DNA of 64,000 nt, taken from NCBI RefSeq assembly GCF_009914755.1, contig NC_060925.1. One strand, given 5' to 3'. Positions 28,740 to 45,669 of the stretch are shown here, in pieces (the first letter of the stretch is position 1; each line of letters opens with the position of its first letter). The notes under the pieces are model-generated. The model was not told the origin of the DNA and ran no database searches. It worked only from the letters and a program-made list of their open reading frames with translations. The DNA comes from the human T2T-CHM13v2.0 reference genome, Homo sapiens. Position numbers and translations under genes: made by a program.

Positions 28740-29945
28740 TTTTCCTTCAGTTCTCAAGTTACTACACTCCTCTGGTTTCTTCCCAGCTTTCTGGCTGTTC
28801 CATCTGAATCCCCTTTGCCAGCTTTTCTTCCTCTACCCTAAGTTTAGATCCTAGAGAGACCCTCCTTTCTTTGGAGCTCTCTCTCCCTTGATGATTTCAG
28901 CCCACTCCTGAAGCTTCAAGTTGGCAATTTTATACCAATAGCTATCAAATCAGGAGCTCCAGCCCAGGCCTCCTCTCTGAGCTCCAAAGCCCCTCCCACT
29001 CCCATTCCTGATGACACCTTAACCTCTCTGCTTGGGTGAGTGTTATGGACTGTTTGTTCCCCTCTCCCTCCAGATTCCTCTACTGAGGCCCTAACCCCTG
29101 TGTGGCTGTATTTGGAAATGGGGCTTCCAAGGAAGTAATTAAGGTTAACGAGGTCATAAGGGTAGGGTCCTGATCCAACAGAATTAGTGTCTCTACAAAA
29201 AGAGGACACCAAGGCGCTCTTTCTCTCTCTCTCTGCCCTCTCCAAGGGCACAAAGAAGTCATGTGAGCACACAGCAAGATGGTGGCCCCCGACAAATCAA
29301 GAGAAGAGGCCTCAGAATGAAACGTACCTGGTCAGCATCTTGATCATGGCCTTTCCAGTCCCCAGAGCTATAAGAAATAAGTTTCTGCTGTCTGAGCCAC
29401 CAAGTCTGTGGTATTTTGTTATGCCAGCCCAAGCTGCCTAATACAATGTTGTCATAGGCACCCCAAATTCAGTGGGTCCAAAACTGAATTCATCATACTC
29501 TCCCCTATCTTTTAAAACAAACAATAACAGCAAAACAAACAAAAAACCCTGCCTTTCCTCCAGTGTTGCCCTGCTTCATAAATAGCCCAGGCTCTCAGCT
29601 GCTCAAGTCAAAAGCCTGGGAGTCTTCTTTGCCTCCTTCTTCTACTTCCTACCTACTCTCCTGACCTCTGGTCTCAATCCTGCAGCTAGACAAAAACTTG
29701 TAAAAATGCAGATGAGATCATGTGACTTCCTTGTTTAGCACTCTTCAGTGGCTTCCCACTGTCCTTAGAATGAGCCAAAGACTCCTGCAGACTTTAGCCC
29801 TTATGCCTCCTCATCACGCTTCCCCTTAGTCTGCATACCCCAGCACTCCTGGACTTATTTCCATGAGCATCCCAGGCTCTCTCTCATCTCTAGGCATGCT
29901 GCTCTCTCTTCCTGCAATGCTTTACACTCTCAATCTCACCCTGAC
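28740..29945 (+). mobile_element. L2 fragment interrupted by an MLT1A-like LTR
   Basis: ctccagcccaggcctcctctctgagctcca...|...ccccaaattcagtgggtccaaaactgaattcatc. Confidence 0.7.
29041..29445 (+). mobile_element. MLT1A/MSTD-like MaLR solo LTR
   Basis: tgttatggactg...gtatttggaaatgggg...ggtattttgttatgccagcccaagctgcctaataca. Confidence 0.85.
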
Positions 29946-30999
29946 TAGCAAATAAACTAGGAATCACTTGGTGCTGCTATGATTGCCAACATGAACAAGG
30001 CAAGAGGTGGTAGGATCTAGAATATTGAATGGTTCAGTCTTGGCTTTAGTCAAACTTCATGTTTCTTATTTACAAAAGCTAGTGATATATCTGTATGTTC
30101 TTGTCCTGCATTCTGGCATATGTTCTCACCGGATCCATGATCCTCAGGATAACTAATTTCATGAGTGTGTGCTAAGCCGTATTCTAGGTATAGTTTGGAG
30201 GCCCGTGCTGTACCCTCTCTAGTGTGTAAGTGTTTTAACCTATGTAATGGTCATGAATATTCTATTTGTTCTAGAGAAATGTGTATCCCAGAGATAAGAT
30301 ACAATAATAGGGAATGTGTGCTCCAAGAAAAGAAATATCACAATAGATGTTTTTAAAAATTGGGTTGCTGCTAATGTCTATGCTGTCTTCTAATAATTCC
30401 CCCAAGAAACTAATTAAATCTGGGTGTCAACTTACTGAGCAATACTGTATTTCACCAACAATTGAACCAGAGTGCTGAAAGGACATTAAAATTAAATAAA
30501 TAACTTAATCTCCTCTGTAAAATTAGCATATGATTCTAATTCACACTTATCAAAAAAGAATTTATTTCTATCCAAATTAACCAATCAGTAAATATAATGT
30601 AAGGCAATTATATTAGACAATCTTTCCAAGAGATTGAATTACATCAAATTAATCCCATGTTGGCTGAGATTTCCAGGCCAGGTATTTCCAGGGGCCATGT
30701 GTGATGAATATTTGTGCCATGTCTGGGTTTCTGTGAGCCAAAAGGCCTACTCATAATCATAACATGTATTACACACATACATAAGAGCTCTACTATAATG
30801 AACAGTAGTAAACCATTTTGGAACAATCAAGTAGGAAATGTTACAGAGGCTAATGGCTATGTTGAGAAAGGAAAAAATTCAACTACCAGCAATGAAACAG
30901 TAAAAAAAAAACTATTTCTAGAACAACTCATACACTATAAATGAGTATTTGTAACGGTCAGCACTGTGTCCAGAATGCCTTTCAAAGCTCGATAACTCA

Positions 31000-31914
<915 letters not shown>

Positions 31915-32129
31915 ATTGTTTTTAAATAATCTTTTGGCAACTTGATAGAAACAGAGAAAAGTTCTGTCCACCTGAGAAAATGGTAATAAAGAACTGCATA
32001 CCATATTTCTGAGTCAGAATTTGCTTCTTTAACTATTTATGCCAGATGTATCAGTGGGCATTACAGACTCTCTTTGGTTGTCAGTATCCCGAGGCTGCCA
32101 TAATGTAATTCCTTCTCAGGAAGGAAAGA

Positions 32130-32345
32130 AACTGACATCATTTCAGTGTTTAATATGAGCCAGCTAGTCAGTTATATGCTATCTAGTTTAATCTCCCTCC
32201 AACAGCTTTATTGGTAGAGAGGCATTAACATCCCAATTTTGCCAGTGAGAAAACTGAAGCCCAGCAAACTGAAAGGGTTTGCCTTAAGTTTCATGACTAA
32301 TTTTGTCAGAGCCAGGGTTAGAACCCAGGCTCTTCAAGCCATCCA
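32130..32345 (-). mobile_element. MIR
   Basis: cccaattttgccagtgagaaaactgaagccc...cagagccagggttagaacccagg. Confidence 0.75.
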
Positions 32346-32721
32346 AGCACATTTCATTTTCCTCCAGCTGCCTCTCCTAGCACAAACCCATGCTGTAAGA
32401 AACTACTCTAACATGTGATTCCACTGAAGGTCAGAGACCAAGCCTGGATGATCAGGAGATGATTGCTGATTGAAGGAGCCACAACAAAATGTCAACCCAA
32501 ATAGAAACTTCCCTTTCAGATTCAAGGAAGATTTGGATTTAAATCCAGCAATTATTTATTGAACACCTTCTATGACCAGATCCTATGCTATGTATTTATA
32601 CATGTCTTTTAAAATCATCTCAACAAATGATTTTCTTGTTTTGTTTTAAGGTAACACAAACTTAATATCAAAAAAAAAAAAAAAAAAGGAGTGCACCCTG
32701 TGGTTAAGAAGACACAGTTTT

Positions 32722-33058
<337 letters not shown>

Positions 33059-33107
33059 CTACTCTTGGGAAGGGATGTGATTTCTGTCTTAAAAGCAAGC
33101 TCATTTC

Positions 33108-33180
33108 TGAGATAGTGCCACTGCACTCCAGCCTGGGCAACAGAGGGAGACTCCATCTCAAAAAAAAAGAAAGAAAAGAA
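33108..33180 (+). mobile_element. Very short 5'-truncated Alu
   Basis: tgagatagtgccactgcactccagcctggg...tctc plus A tail; TSD aaaagcaagctcatttc (33091-33107) / aaaagcaagttcatttc (33180-33196). Confidence 0.9.
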
Positions 33181-33419
33181 AAAGCAAGTTCATTTCAATG
33201 CCCAAACATCACTTTATAGACTTGTATGTCGTTCTTTCCTTTAATCAAGCTTAGTGTTTTTCAGTCCTTAGTGTGACTAAGAATTAGGGATGTGTAACCA
33301 ATTTAGATATTTTTGAGGATGATTTTAAATACGTAATGTTTCTCCTTCAGACTGACCCTAGAACCTAATCCCTATTTCAGATATGATCTTTGGTTGTTGG
33401 GGCTAGGGAGGCTGCCACA

Positions 33420-33872
33420 GTAATGCCCCAAGTCAGAGTCATTTCCTTCTTTGGGGAAACCACCCATCTTTCCTGCAGTCTAATCCTGTAGTCAGAATGC
33501 AAATGGACATCCTCTCATATGACTCTGCTTCCCTGGCCTCAGTGATTGGTCGAAGAGATTGGCACATAACCCAAGTTGGAATGACACAACTCTTTCCCAG
33601 AATTTTTCAAAGTGGAGCTGTTCAGATTCACAGGCACACTTTCTCCTTTCATGTTGCCACCCTCTGAGAGTATGAGCCTGGAACCACCGGTGCTCCCATG
33701 AAGAGGGAGAGAGATAAGCCTGATGGTACCCAGTCCTCTGCATTCCGTCTTTTCTCAGGCCAGCTCTATTCCTGCCTTCTTACAATTTAGCTATGTAAGT
33801 TGATAGATGTATCTGTTTTGTTTAGGCAAAAGTTGAGGCTTTGTCTCATCCAGCCAGAATTCTAACAAACTA
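33420..33872 (+). mobile_element. MLT1K-like MaLR LTR
   Basis: cttctttggggaaaccac...ccctggcctcagtgattgg...cataacccaag. Confidence 0.55.
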
Positions 33873-34311
33873 CTTCAATAAAACCTTTTTTGTTTGTGTA
33901 TTTACTCAAGAGGGAGTATGCTGTAAGAGAAGGCATATAGACTTGAAATGCTATCAAAAAGAACTTTGAATGTTATGAGGCACTGTATGGTATGGGGGTA
34001 GAGTGTGAAAGAGAGTTTGCCCAACTCAAGATTGGTCTGTCTGCTGCTGGGACCCATCACAGCTCTCTTCACAGCCTAGGTACGATGACTGCCTCAAGCT
34101 GCCTGTTGCCCATCGAGTTGTAGGGCTCCATCCTCTGTTAACCTTAGGCCCACAGACAAGGAAAAGTCCTTACTGTCCTTCCAATGACTGAGCTAACCCT
34201 ATGGCCAAATGTGATGAAGACAACCTGAGCACTGGCTGTAGTTACAAATACATATTCACAAGAAATGCTAAACTATTGAACCAACAGAAGCGGGGATAAA
34301 GAGTGAGGGAA

Positions 34312-34610
34312 TTTATTTATTTATTTATCGTGAGATGGAGTCTCGCTCTGTGGCCAGAGCTGGAGTGCAGGCATGAACTCTGCTCACTGCAACTTCCACC
34401 TCCCAGGTTCAAACAATTCTCCTGCCTCAGCCTCCGAGTAGCTGGGATTACAGGTGCACGCCACCATGCCTGGCTAATTTTTGTATTTTTAGTAGAGATG
34501 GGGTTTCACCATGTTGGCCATACTGGTCTCAAACTCCTGACCTCAGGTGATCCGCCCACCTCGGCCTCCCAAAGTGCTGGGATTACAGGCATGAGCCACC
34601 GTGCCCAGCC
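34312..34610 (-). mobile_element. AluS
   Basis: Reverse-complement dimer with (TTTA)n tail. Confidence 0.95.
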
Positions 34611-34746
34611 CAGAATTAGGTTTTAACTTAACTATTTTGCTTACTAACTCTGTGAATTCGCTGAGCACCAGATTTTTCATCTGTAAAGTGGGAATAATGA
34701 CACTTTAACCTTTGGTGCTTTTATACGAATTAATTTAAGTAACTGT

Positions 34747-35257
<511 letters not shown>

Positions 35258-36296
35258 TCAAATAACAGACTCATTCTGGAGATTTCTGTGTTCTTAGGAG
35301 CCGAAGGACTTAAATGATGGAAGTGCTTAGTTAATTTCATGGCAGTGAGTGTGAATAGTATCTTGCTTTTGGTTTGTTTCTATATTTCAGTTCACAAAAT
35401 AAAATTTAATGGACGTGTACTTTTAAAATGTCTTTGACTCCAATTTGGGGTAACAGTTTCCTATCTCTTAGATTATTCTAAAAGTATACTTCTAAATTCT
35501 TCCTTCTTGGTTCTAATTTTTTACTAACTTTTCATTTTAAAATTTTCTTTGCGTGTTCTTAGTTAAAAAAATGAAACCCTATTGCATTTTTCCCCAAAAT
35601 GATGTCTTGAGGAAAGGCAGATCCCTGAGAGGGTATTATTAACTGCATGCTTCTTATAATTGAGGCCTCTTCTCAGACAACTCTGCTGTTTAATCTCAGC
35701 TCTCACCAATAACCCTTTCCTCTTTTTGATCAAGTGTTTAATTTCCTTGAAAGATTTTCTCAGATTTCAACTATTACTGAGAGGATTTTCATCTTACCCT
35801 AACCCTTTAATGGCTAAATCTTGCATATCCATTATTTCAAAAAAGGATATTTCTGTTCATCTAAGTAAATAGTTCAAGGATTTGATCTTCTTTTCTTGCC
35901 TATTACTGCTGAAATGAGGAATTATTTGGAAATTTCTATTGCTAAATGACTATCTTGTAAAAGCAGGTAAAATTAAACATTTACAAAAACCGATCTCAGA
36001 CAACTCTCAGTTACCTAGAGGAATGTAGAACAATGCACAGATTACTGAAAACAGATAAACTCCTGAGCCTGATTGTGGTCATTCTTTTACTTTCTTCTTT
36101 GAAAGGCAAAATGTATGTGTTTAACATTCAGTTCAGTTTTTCTACCCATCTTTAAAAGCTTTCTAATTTTAGGAAAACATGAGCTTTTCAGAAAGAGGTA
36201 ACAAGAAAAAAAAAAGAATAGCCAGGATAAAATTAAAATCTAGGGGTAAGAATTATTGCTATTAATATTTTAGTATAAAAGGAATATAATTTTTAA

Positions 36297-36556
<260 letters not shown>

Positions 36557-37239
36557 TGAAATCGCCTTTGCAAAATTATGACTGAGACAGTGAAAGAGAT
36601 CTAACTTAACTAACTCCATCTTGCTTGGAACCTCCAAGCTGTCTTTGTTCATTCCTGAGCCTAGGCTGAACTAACTTTGGGAGAAACTTAGTTTATAGTT
36701 TAAACAAAGATGGTAACAGCCGTTTCCCAAAGCAGACTTCCTTCTTGCCTGGGGACTAGATTGCTTTGTAGGACTAACATTAGCCACAAGATTAGAAATT
36801 ATGGTTTAGGAATCATGCAGTTGGAGGATGCAAGATTCTGACCCCCTTTAAACCGCTCCTAAGATCAGTGCTTGAGATATTTTGCAGACCCTGCACTTGA
36901 TGGATCAGCTGGCACCACCCAGATCAATAAACTGGCTCAGTTGATCTTGTGGCCCCCACCCAGGAACTTACTGAGCACAAGAAGACAGCTCTGACTCCTT
37001 GTGATTTCATCTCTGACCAATCAGCACTCCTGGCTCACTGGCTTCCCCCCACCCACCAAGTTATCCTTAAAAACTCTGCTCCCTGAATGCTTGGAGAGAC
37101 TGATTTGAGTAATAATAAAACTCTGGTCTCCCGCACAGCTGGCTCTGCATGAATTACTCTTTCTCTATTGCAATTCCCCTGTCTTGATGAAGTGGCTCTG
37201 TCTATGCAGCAGGCAAGATGAACCCCTTGGGTGGCTATA
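36557..37239 (+). mobile_element. LTR8, 5' LTR
   Basis: Direct repeat of 42981-43671; AATAAA in aataataaaactctgg. Confidence 0.93.
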
Positions 37240-38899
37240 AATTTGGTTTGCCCTTGTGGCTACCTCCCCAGCGTTCAGTCTCCCCTCCTCCCTCAGCGAT
37301 GGATCTGGAAGCCAGCCCAAGTGGCTGCCTAGTTGTCTTGGACTGGGGGCTGACTCTGGTACTCTCTCTCTAGCAGGGCACTGCTGACCCAATGTGCATG
37401 GATTTAATTGCAATGGAGAAATAGTCCTGGGGAGACGTCTTTTAACTATAGCCCTATGACAGGGTGTCTGTCTGTAGCCCCACTGTGGGGTGTCTGGATT
37501 GGTGAGTATCCTAAGCGCTGCCAACACCTCCTTCCTTCTCCTAACTGGTTATGTATCCCTATGGTGGGGTGTCTGTGGCCCCATTGAAGGGTGTCTGTAT
37601 CTCTACCATAGGGTGTCTGTGTCTGTAGCCTCACTGTGGGATATCTGGCTCCTGGAGGTCTTGATTGGCTCTTTCTAACTGGTAGGAAGGGTCTTGGTTT
37701 GGGAGACTTCTCCTCAATCAGGAAAATTTCCAGGAGGTTTCTCAGACAGAAAATAGGAGGATAGTTTGGAAAGGATACTCTTGGAGTTCTTGGTTAGGGG
37801 TCTGATTTGGAAGGCCTTCTGTCCATCTCATCTTTGTGTGTGTTTGTATATGTGGAAGGGATCTCAGAGGGGTTGTTGATGGAAGTCCAGCAGGCCTAAC
37901 TCAGAGAACCCTTCTTATTTGTCTGGTCACATTAGATGAACCCTAAAGAAGGCTCAAGAAGCCTATCTCTTGGGGTGACTATCTGCTCTTCCCCTTGCCC
38001 AGAGACCGCATTGTGAATTACTGTTCAGAAGTCGTCCATCCCCACCTGGAGTGGATCAAAGGCAACAGGGACCAACGGGAAAAAGTTTGAGCTTTGCCAG
38101 GTTGATATTGGATGCTGAATGAGGTGACTAATGCTTGTTTTGTTGTGTGTATTTTGCTGGGATGGAAAATGTTAATTCAGTTCCCCATGCAGCCTATTGG
38201 GCAGCATCTTGCACATTAAGAATCTTACCTATGGTTCCATAAAACAGTAAAGGGTGATTTTCACTTGTAAAGTGACTTGAACCCCACAGCTATAGCACAA
38301 GCGAGCAGGGTCATCAGAAGCCGCTCCATTCTTCAGGAAGCTGCAGAGAAAGGGAACCCAGAAACCTGGTATGCTAGTTAAAAGGGTAAGAAATTCTTAC
38401 CAGCCAAGTTTCTGGTCTCTCTCTCTCTTTCTCTGTGTGGGTAAAACAGTAAACTATTGGTCTCCTCTGCACGGGTTTAATTAATAGAAAAAAGGATTTG
38501 TGAGACTAGTCTTAGGCTGTAGCAAATCTGGTGTACTTTGAGCTAAGAATTTGTCTGTGTTCTGTGATTGAGAGAGGGGTATCACAGGATAGAACGTGGG
38601 TTTAGGACCACTGTAAGCCTGCTTTTCAAGCCAGCTTGGCAGACTGGTCAGTTGCAAACTTTGCTATGGGTCCCTGAAACCAATGCTGTATGAAATTTCT
38701 CTGTCTTTTTTTGTGTCCTTAAGAGCTTAACTGTGTGACCATGTGGGGATACTTTCTTTTGGTTTCCACCGTCCAAAGGACAAGAATTTTGGGGTTCATG
38801 TCATAGTCCTAAAAATTTTTCTTGAGCAGTTAAAAGCCCTGCAAGCTTGAAATTGGCTTCTCTAGGCTTCTTCTGGGAAAAGCAATAGAAACTGCTCAG

Positions 38900-38972
38900 T
38901 GCTGTATAGCTCAGTAGCTAAGGCTTTATCTTTTGACAGTGGTGGCCTGGGTTCAATTGTTGGCTTCTGGAA
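38900..38972 (+). pseudogene. Decayed tRNA-Glu-like sequence inside the ERV internal region
   Basis: tagctcagtagctaagg...ttttgacagtggtggcctgggttcaatt aligns to tRNA-Glu (AGTGGCTAGG...CTTTCACCGCCGCGGCCCGGGTTCGATT), with several CpG-type changes. Confidence 0.5.
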
Positions 38973-40627
38973 TTTTTCCATCTGTTATTTGTGTAACTTT
39001 GCCATTTATTGAGTGTGTTTTTGGTAAAAGATTATAAAAAGGCACAGGAATATGGCTTTTAATGAGAAGGTAATTTTGTCTAGTTCAGAGGGTTTTAAAG
39101 ATTGTCTTAACCTAAAAGAGTAAAGGAACAAAACTGAAGGTTTAAGCTAAGTGAAAAGGGTTTGTAGAGGGTTGATCTTATAAAAATTATGTGGATATAA
39201 ACAAGTTGGCTAAGATTTAAAAGAAATTATTTAGCTTTTTTCCTTAGGTTAAAACATTAAAATCATATGATGTAGGGCCAGAATTTGGGCCCATGTGTCC
39301 AAATAACACAGTTTTCTTAGAAAATTGATCTACTGTTTGATGTAAAATTGTAAAGGGTTCTAAAAAGTTGATGAAAATCTTACCTTATGGTCAAATTAAT
39401 TAAAACTGGATAGAGCTATAAAATTTTATTTAAAAAACTAGCTTTAATATTAAAGATGCACTAATGTAAACATGAGGTTTGGTTTTCTCTTTTGAAGATG
39501 ATTTTTATGTAATGTTAAAAGATAATGAAAGGGTTTTGTTTTCTCCTTTGGGTAAATGGCAGGAAAAAAAAGGAGGAGAGAGGGAAGAGACAGAATCAGT
39601 TGGCCTCATCCTATCTTCATTGGGTCTTGTTTGGAAAGCTAAGTTTCCTCTATCAGAGTAAAGGTTTTTCTTTTTTAAAAAAATTTTTGGAGTTATCATT
39701 TTGCCCAAATGAATGACTTATGGTGACCTGGGATTCTATTTTGTGATATCCAGTGTTTTAAAGCTTTGATATTTGACAAACTTTCCAAAATCAAATTATA
39801 AATTATGTCTCTTTCTTATCTAATATTTTAGATATTAGGTCCTCTAAAGTCCAAAAGTGACATTTGGCTTATTTGGTACAAAAATCATACAGGAAGCATT
39901 GTCAGATATGAAATGATGTTTGGCTTTCTTTCGTCTATTTTTGTGTAAATGTGTTATTGGTATATGTTCCAAAATTATGTAAAACTCTTATAATTCTAAT
40001 ATTACTTAATATATGTTATCAGTAATAATTATAATTATTATGTTAACAGGCTATGTGCTGCAGATGTAACAAATTTCCTTGTCAATCGTGTCTTTAATTG
40101 TGGCTGCCCTAAAATGTTTTTGTCATCCACAGACAATTGTCTTGTTTTGTTCCTGTTTAAAAGATGGTTTTATAATCAGCTATAAAATTTGACAGGTGCT
40201 CTTAATGCAGGATTCTGATTAATAACACTGGAGATTGTGACATTAGAATAGAGGAAAAACTTTCAAATACAAGAGTGAATGGTGTTTGGTCTATTTTGGA
40301 CTGTATTTGTATAAATATGTTATTAGTATGTGTTCTAAAATTATGAGAAACTTCTATAATGTTGCTATAATTTATGTACATTATTAGTAACTATAATTGT
40401 TATGTAAAATTTTTGTATGCCACAGAAGTAACCAAAATTGCTAATCAACTGTAGCTTTAATAGTGACTATAGACTTTTGTCATCCACAGACATTTTGGCT
40501 TGCTTTGGTCCTTTTCAAAAGGCAGTTTATACTCAGATATGGGACTCTAAGTGCAGGTCTCAGATAAAACTTTAAAAACTGTGCTAGTCCAAACTTCTAG
40601 GATTCTCATGGAGAGCTAATGTATTAA

Positions 40628-40968
<341 letters not shown>

Positions 40969-41450
40969 GCTATTTGCAACTTTTAACAAGTGAGTAAAAT
41001 ATACTCCTGTGAACAAAATTTGGAGCATATTTGTTCCTCTCTACCTGATTGCTCCAGAATTTGGAAACTGTTTATGAATATTCTTAATTTATGGCAGTAT
41101 AGCTAATTGCACAAGTGCAAAAAGAATCCATTTTCTTTTGTAACAGGACACAATTGGAGAAATTGGTTATTTTGCTAAGGCTTTGACTGGAATGGCATGC
41201 TTCCTTTAAAGAATCAAAGTTGACTTGTATAGCCAATTGAAGCCTGTTGGGGAATCTGGCCTCATACCTTATCCATACAGAGTGCCTGTACAAGGTTCCT
41301 GACCTGTGGTAAGTAAAGAATGTCACTTTCTAACAGGCCCAGGAACCCCAGGTTATCTTGGGACCTCAAGAGGAGAGGAATTTGTCCAACTCAGGGGTAT
41401 TTGAGGGTACAAACCCATGGCTGGGCTGGGCTTTTTAAAAGCCTTATTTA

Positions 41451-41802
<352 letters not shown>

Positions 41803-42076
41803 CTAAGTGAAAAATAATTATTCTTGCTGCATTTCATGCAAATAATCAGGCCACGTATAGTAAGACTAAAGTTTATTTTGTAAACAAATAAGTTCTGTCA
41901 TGATTTGTTTTTAATAAAAATGAGGACTGGAGAGAGAAAAATTATGCTTTCACAGAAAAACTATAGCTGTTCTTGAGGTTTTTTTCTGCAGTTTAGACTA
42001 AATTCTAAATTCTTTGTGGGTTAGAAGTCCTCAAACTAATGCTTTCAAATCTTTGCTTTTAATATTGGGAATTGTA

Positions 42077-42707
<631 letters not shown>

Positions 42708-42980
42708 TTACCTTATAGTAGGCTATTCACTTAAACACTGTACTAAAACTATAGATGAAAGTACTAATGTTTTTGCCATGCAAGCCTTGAAAGCCCAGCC
42801 AGGCCTGCATGAGTTGCTGAGACAATTGCAAAGCAGTTCCACTCTTCTCACCTTGGGGTTCACTCCCATTCCCACTACGTTCCCTATCAGCAAGAAGAAG
42901 CCAGAGCGATCAATGGTCTTTTCCCATCTTCATACCCTACACCTCAAGGTTAAGGTGTTATAAAACCCAAAGGGAGGGAT

Positions 42981-43671
42981 TGAAACCGCCTTTGCAAAAT
43001 TATGACAGAGACAGTGAAAGAGATCTAACTTAACCTACTCCATCTTGCTTCTAACCTCCAAGCTGTCCTTGTTCGTTCCTGGGCCTAGGCTGAACTAACT
43101 TTGGGAGAAACTTAGTTTATAGTTTATAGTTTAAACAAAGATGGTAATAGCCCTTTCCCAAAGCAGACCTCCTTCTTGCCTGGGGACTAGATTGCCTTTG
43201 TAGGACTAATAATAGCCACAAGATTAGAAATTATGGTTTAGGAATCATGCAGTTGGAGGATGCAAGATTCTGACCCCCTTTAAACCGCTCCTAAGATCAG
43301 TGCTTGAGATATTTTGCAGACCCTGCACTTGATGGATCAGCTGGCACCACCCAGATCAATAAACTGGCTCAGCTGATCTTGTGGCCCCCACCCAGGAACT
43401 GACTGAGCACAAGAAGACAGCTCTGACTCCCTGTGATTTCATCTCTGACCAGTCAGCACTCCTGGCTCACTGGCTTCCCCCCACCCACCAAGTTATCCTT
43501 AAAAACTCTGCTCCCTGAATGCTTGGAGAGACTGATTTGAGTAATAATAAAACTCTGGTCTCCCGCACAGCTGGCTCTGCATGAATTACTCTTTCTCTAT
43601 TGCAATTCCCCTGTCTTGATGAAGTGGCCCTGTCTACGCAGCAGGCAAGGTGAACTTCTTGGGCGGTTACA
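42981..43671 (+). mobile_element. LTR8, 3' LTR
   Basis: TG...CA ends; PPT upstream; TSD downstream. Confidence 0.93.
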
Positions 43672-43834
43672 GGATTACAGGAATGAGCCAATGCTCCCAG
43701 CCCTGATTCTTTTTTTACATAAAAATATCAGTAACAAATCAATCCATCATGGCTTTTGTCAGATTCCTCTGCTGACTTCAATTAGACTTCAACTTATCTC
43801 AACCCTAACCATAAAGCTTGGCTCCCAAATTCTT

Positions 43835-44980
<1,146 letters not shown>

Positions 44981-45164
44981 GAGTAATGCTCCTCTTCAGC
45001 TCTCCCACAGCACTTGGTCACCATCTCTATCACAGCATCTAACATGTGCTTTTCGTTGTTTGCTTTTTAAATATTTAATTATGTAATGGCAAAAAAAAAA
45101 TGCTCAAGGAGTGGAAAAGAGTTTACAGTGTGTGGTTATTTCATTTGCAGTGGTAGTGCAGTAA

Positions 45165-45292
45165 TGAGGGGGAAACTGAGGCTCAAAGGGATAAGTAAAT
45201 TGCTCAAAGCCACACAGTTAATAGAGCCAAGATTCATCGAAACTTAGTCATTCTAGCTCCAGTCAAGCTTCTAATCACCACATCACTCTGCC
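45165..45292 (-). mobile_element. MIR
   Basis: ggaaactgaggctcaaagggataagtaaattgctcaaagccacacag. Confidence 0.75.
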
Positions 45293-45669
45293 TCAGCATT
45301 CGTTGCCAATAATAGAAACAAAACACAAAGGTTAAGCTTAAATCCCGCCCCCCACAAAAAAAATAACAAACAAGGAATTCACGGTTGTCAGTTTCCCTCC
45401 CCCACCCCTTCCTCCTCTCTCTGTTTTTCTCTACTCTGCCTCTGCTTTTGCCTGTGCAAGACTAATGGAAACAATAGACTTCAGTACTGGGGCCAAGGTA
45501 GGAATGAATGCATAGATTTCAAAGGGAAAATCCACTGGACCTATAGCTAATGGGATTTGAAAGATAAAGAAGGAAAAAAATCAGCCAAACCTTTGAAGTT
45601 TTTGACCTGGTTAACGTGGAGGGTGTTATCGTCCATGATAGTGGTGATTTGGAGAGAAGATAATAAACT

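Noticed and set aside
38900-38972. Functional tRNA gene
   Set aside because: The stems do not pair; kept only as a decayed relic.
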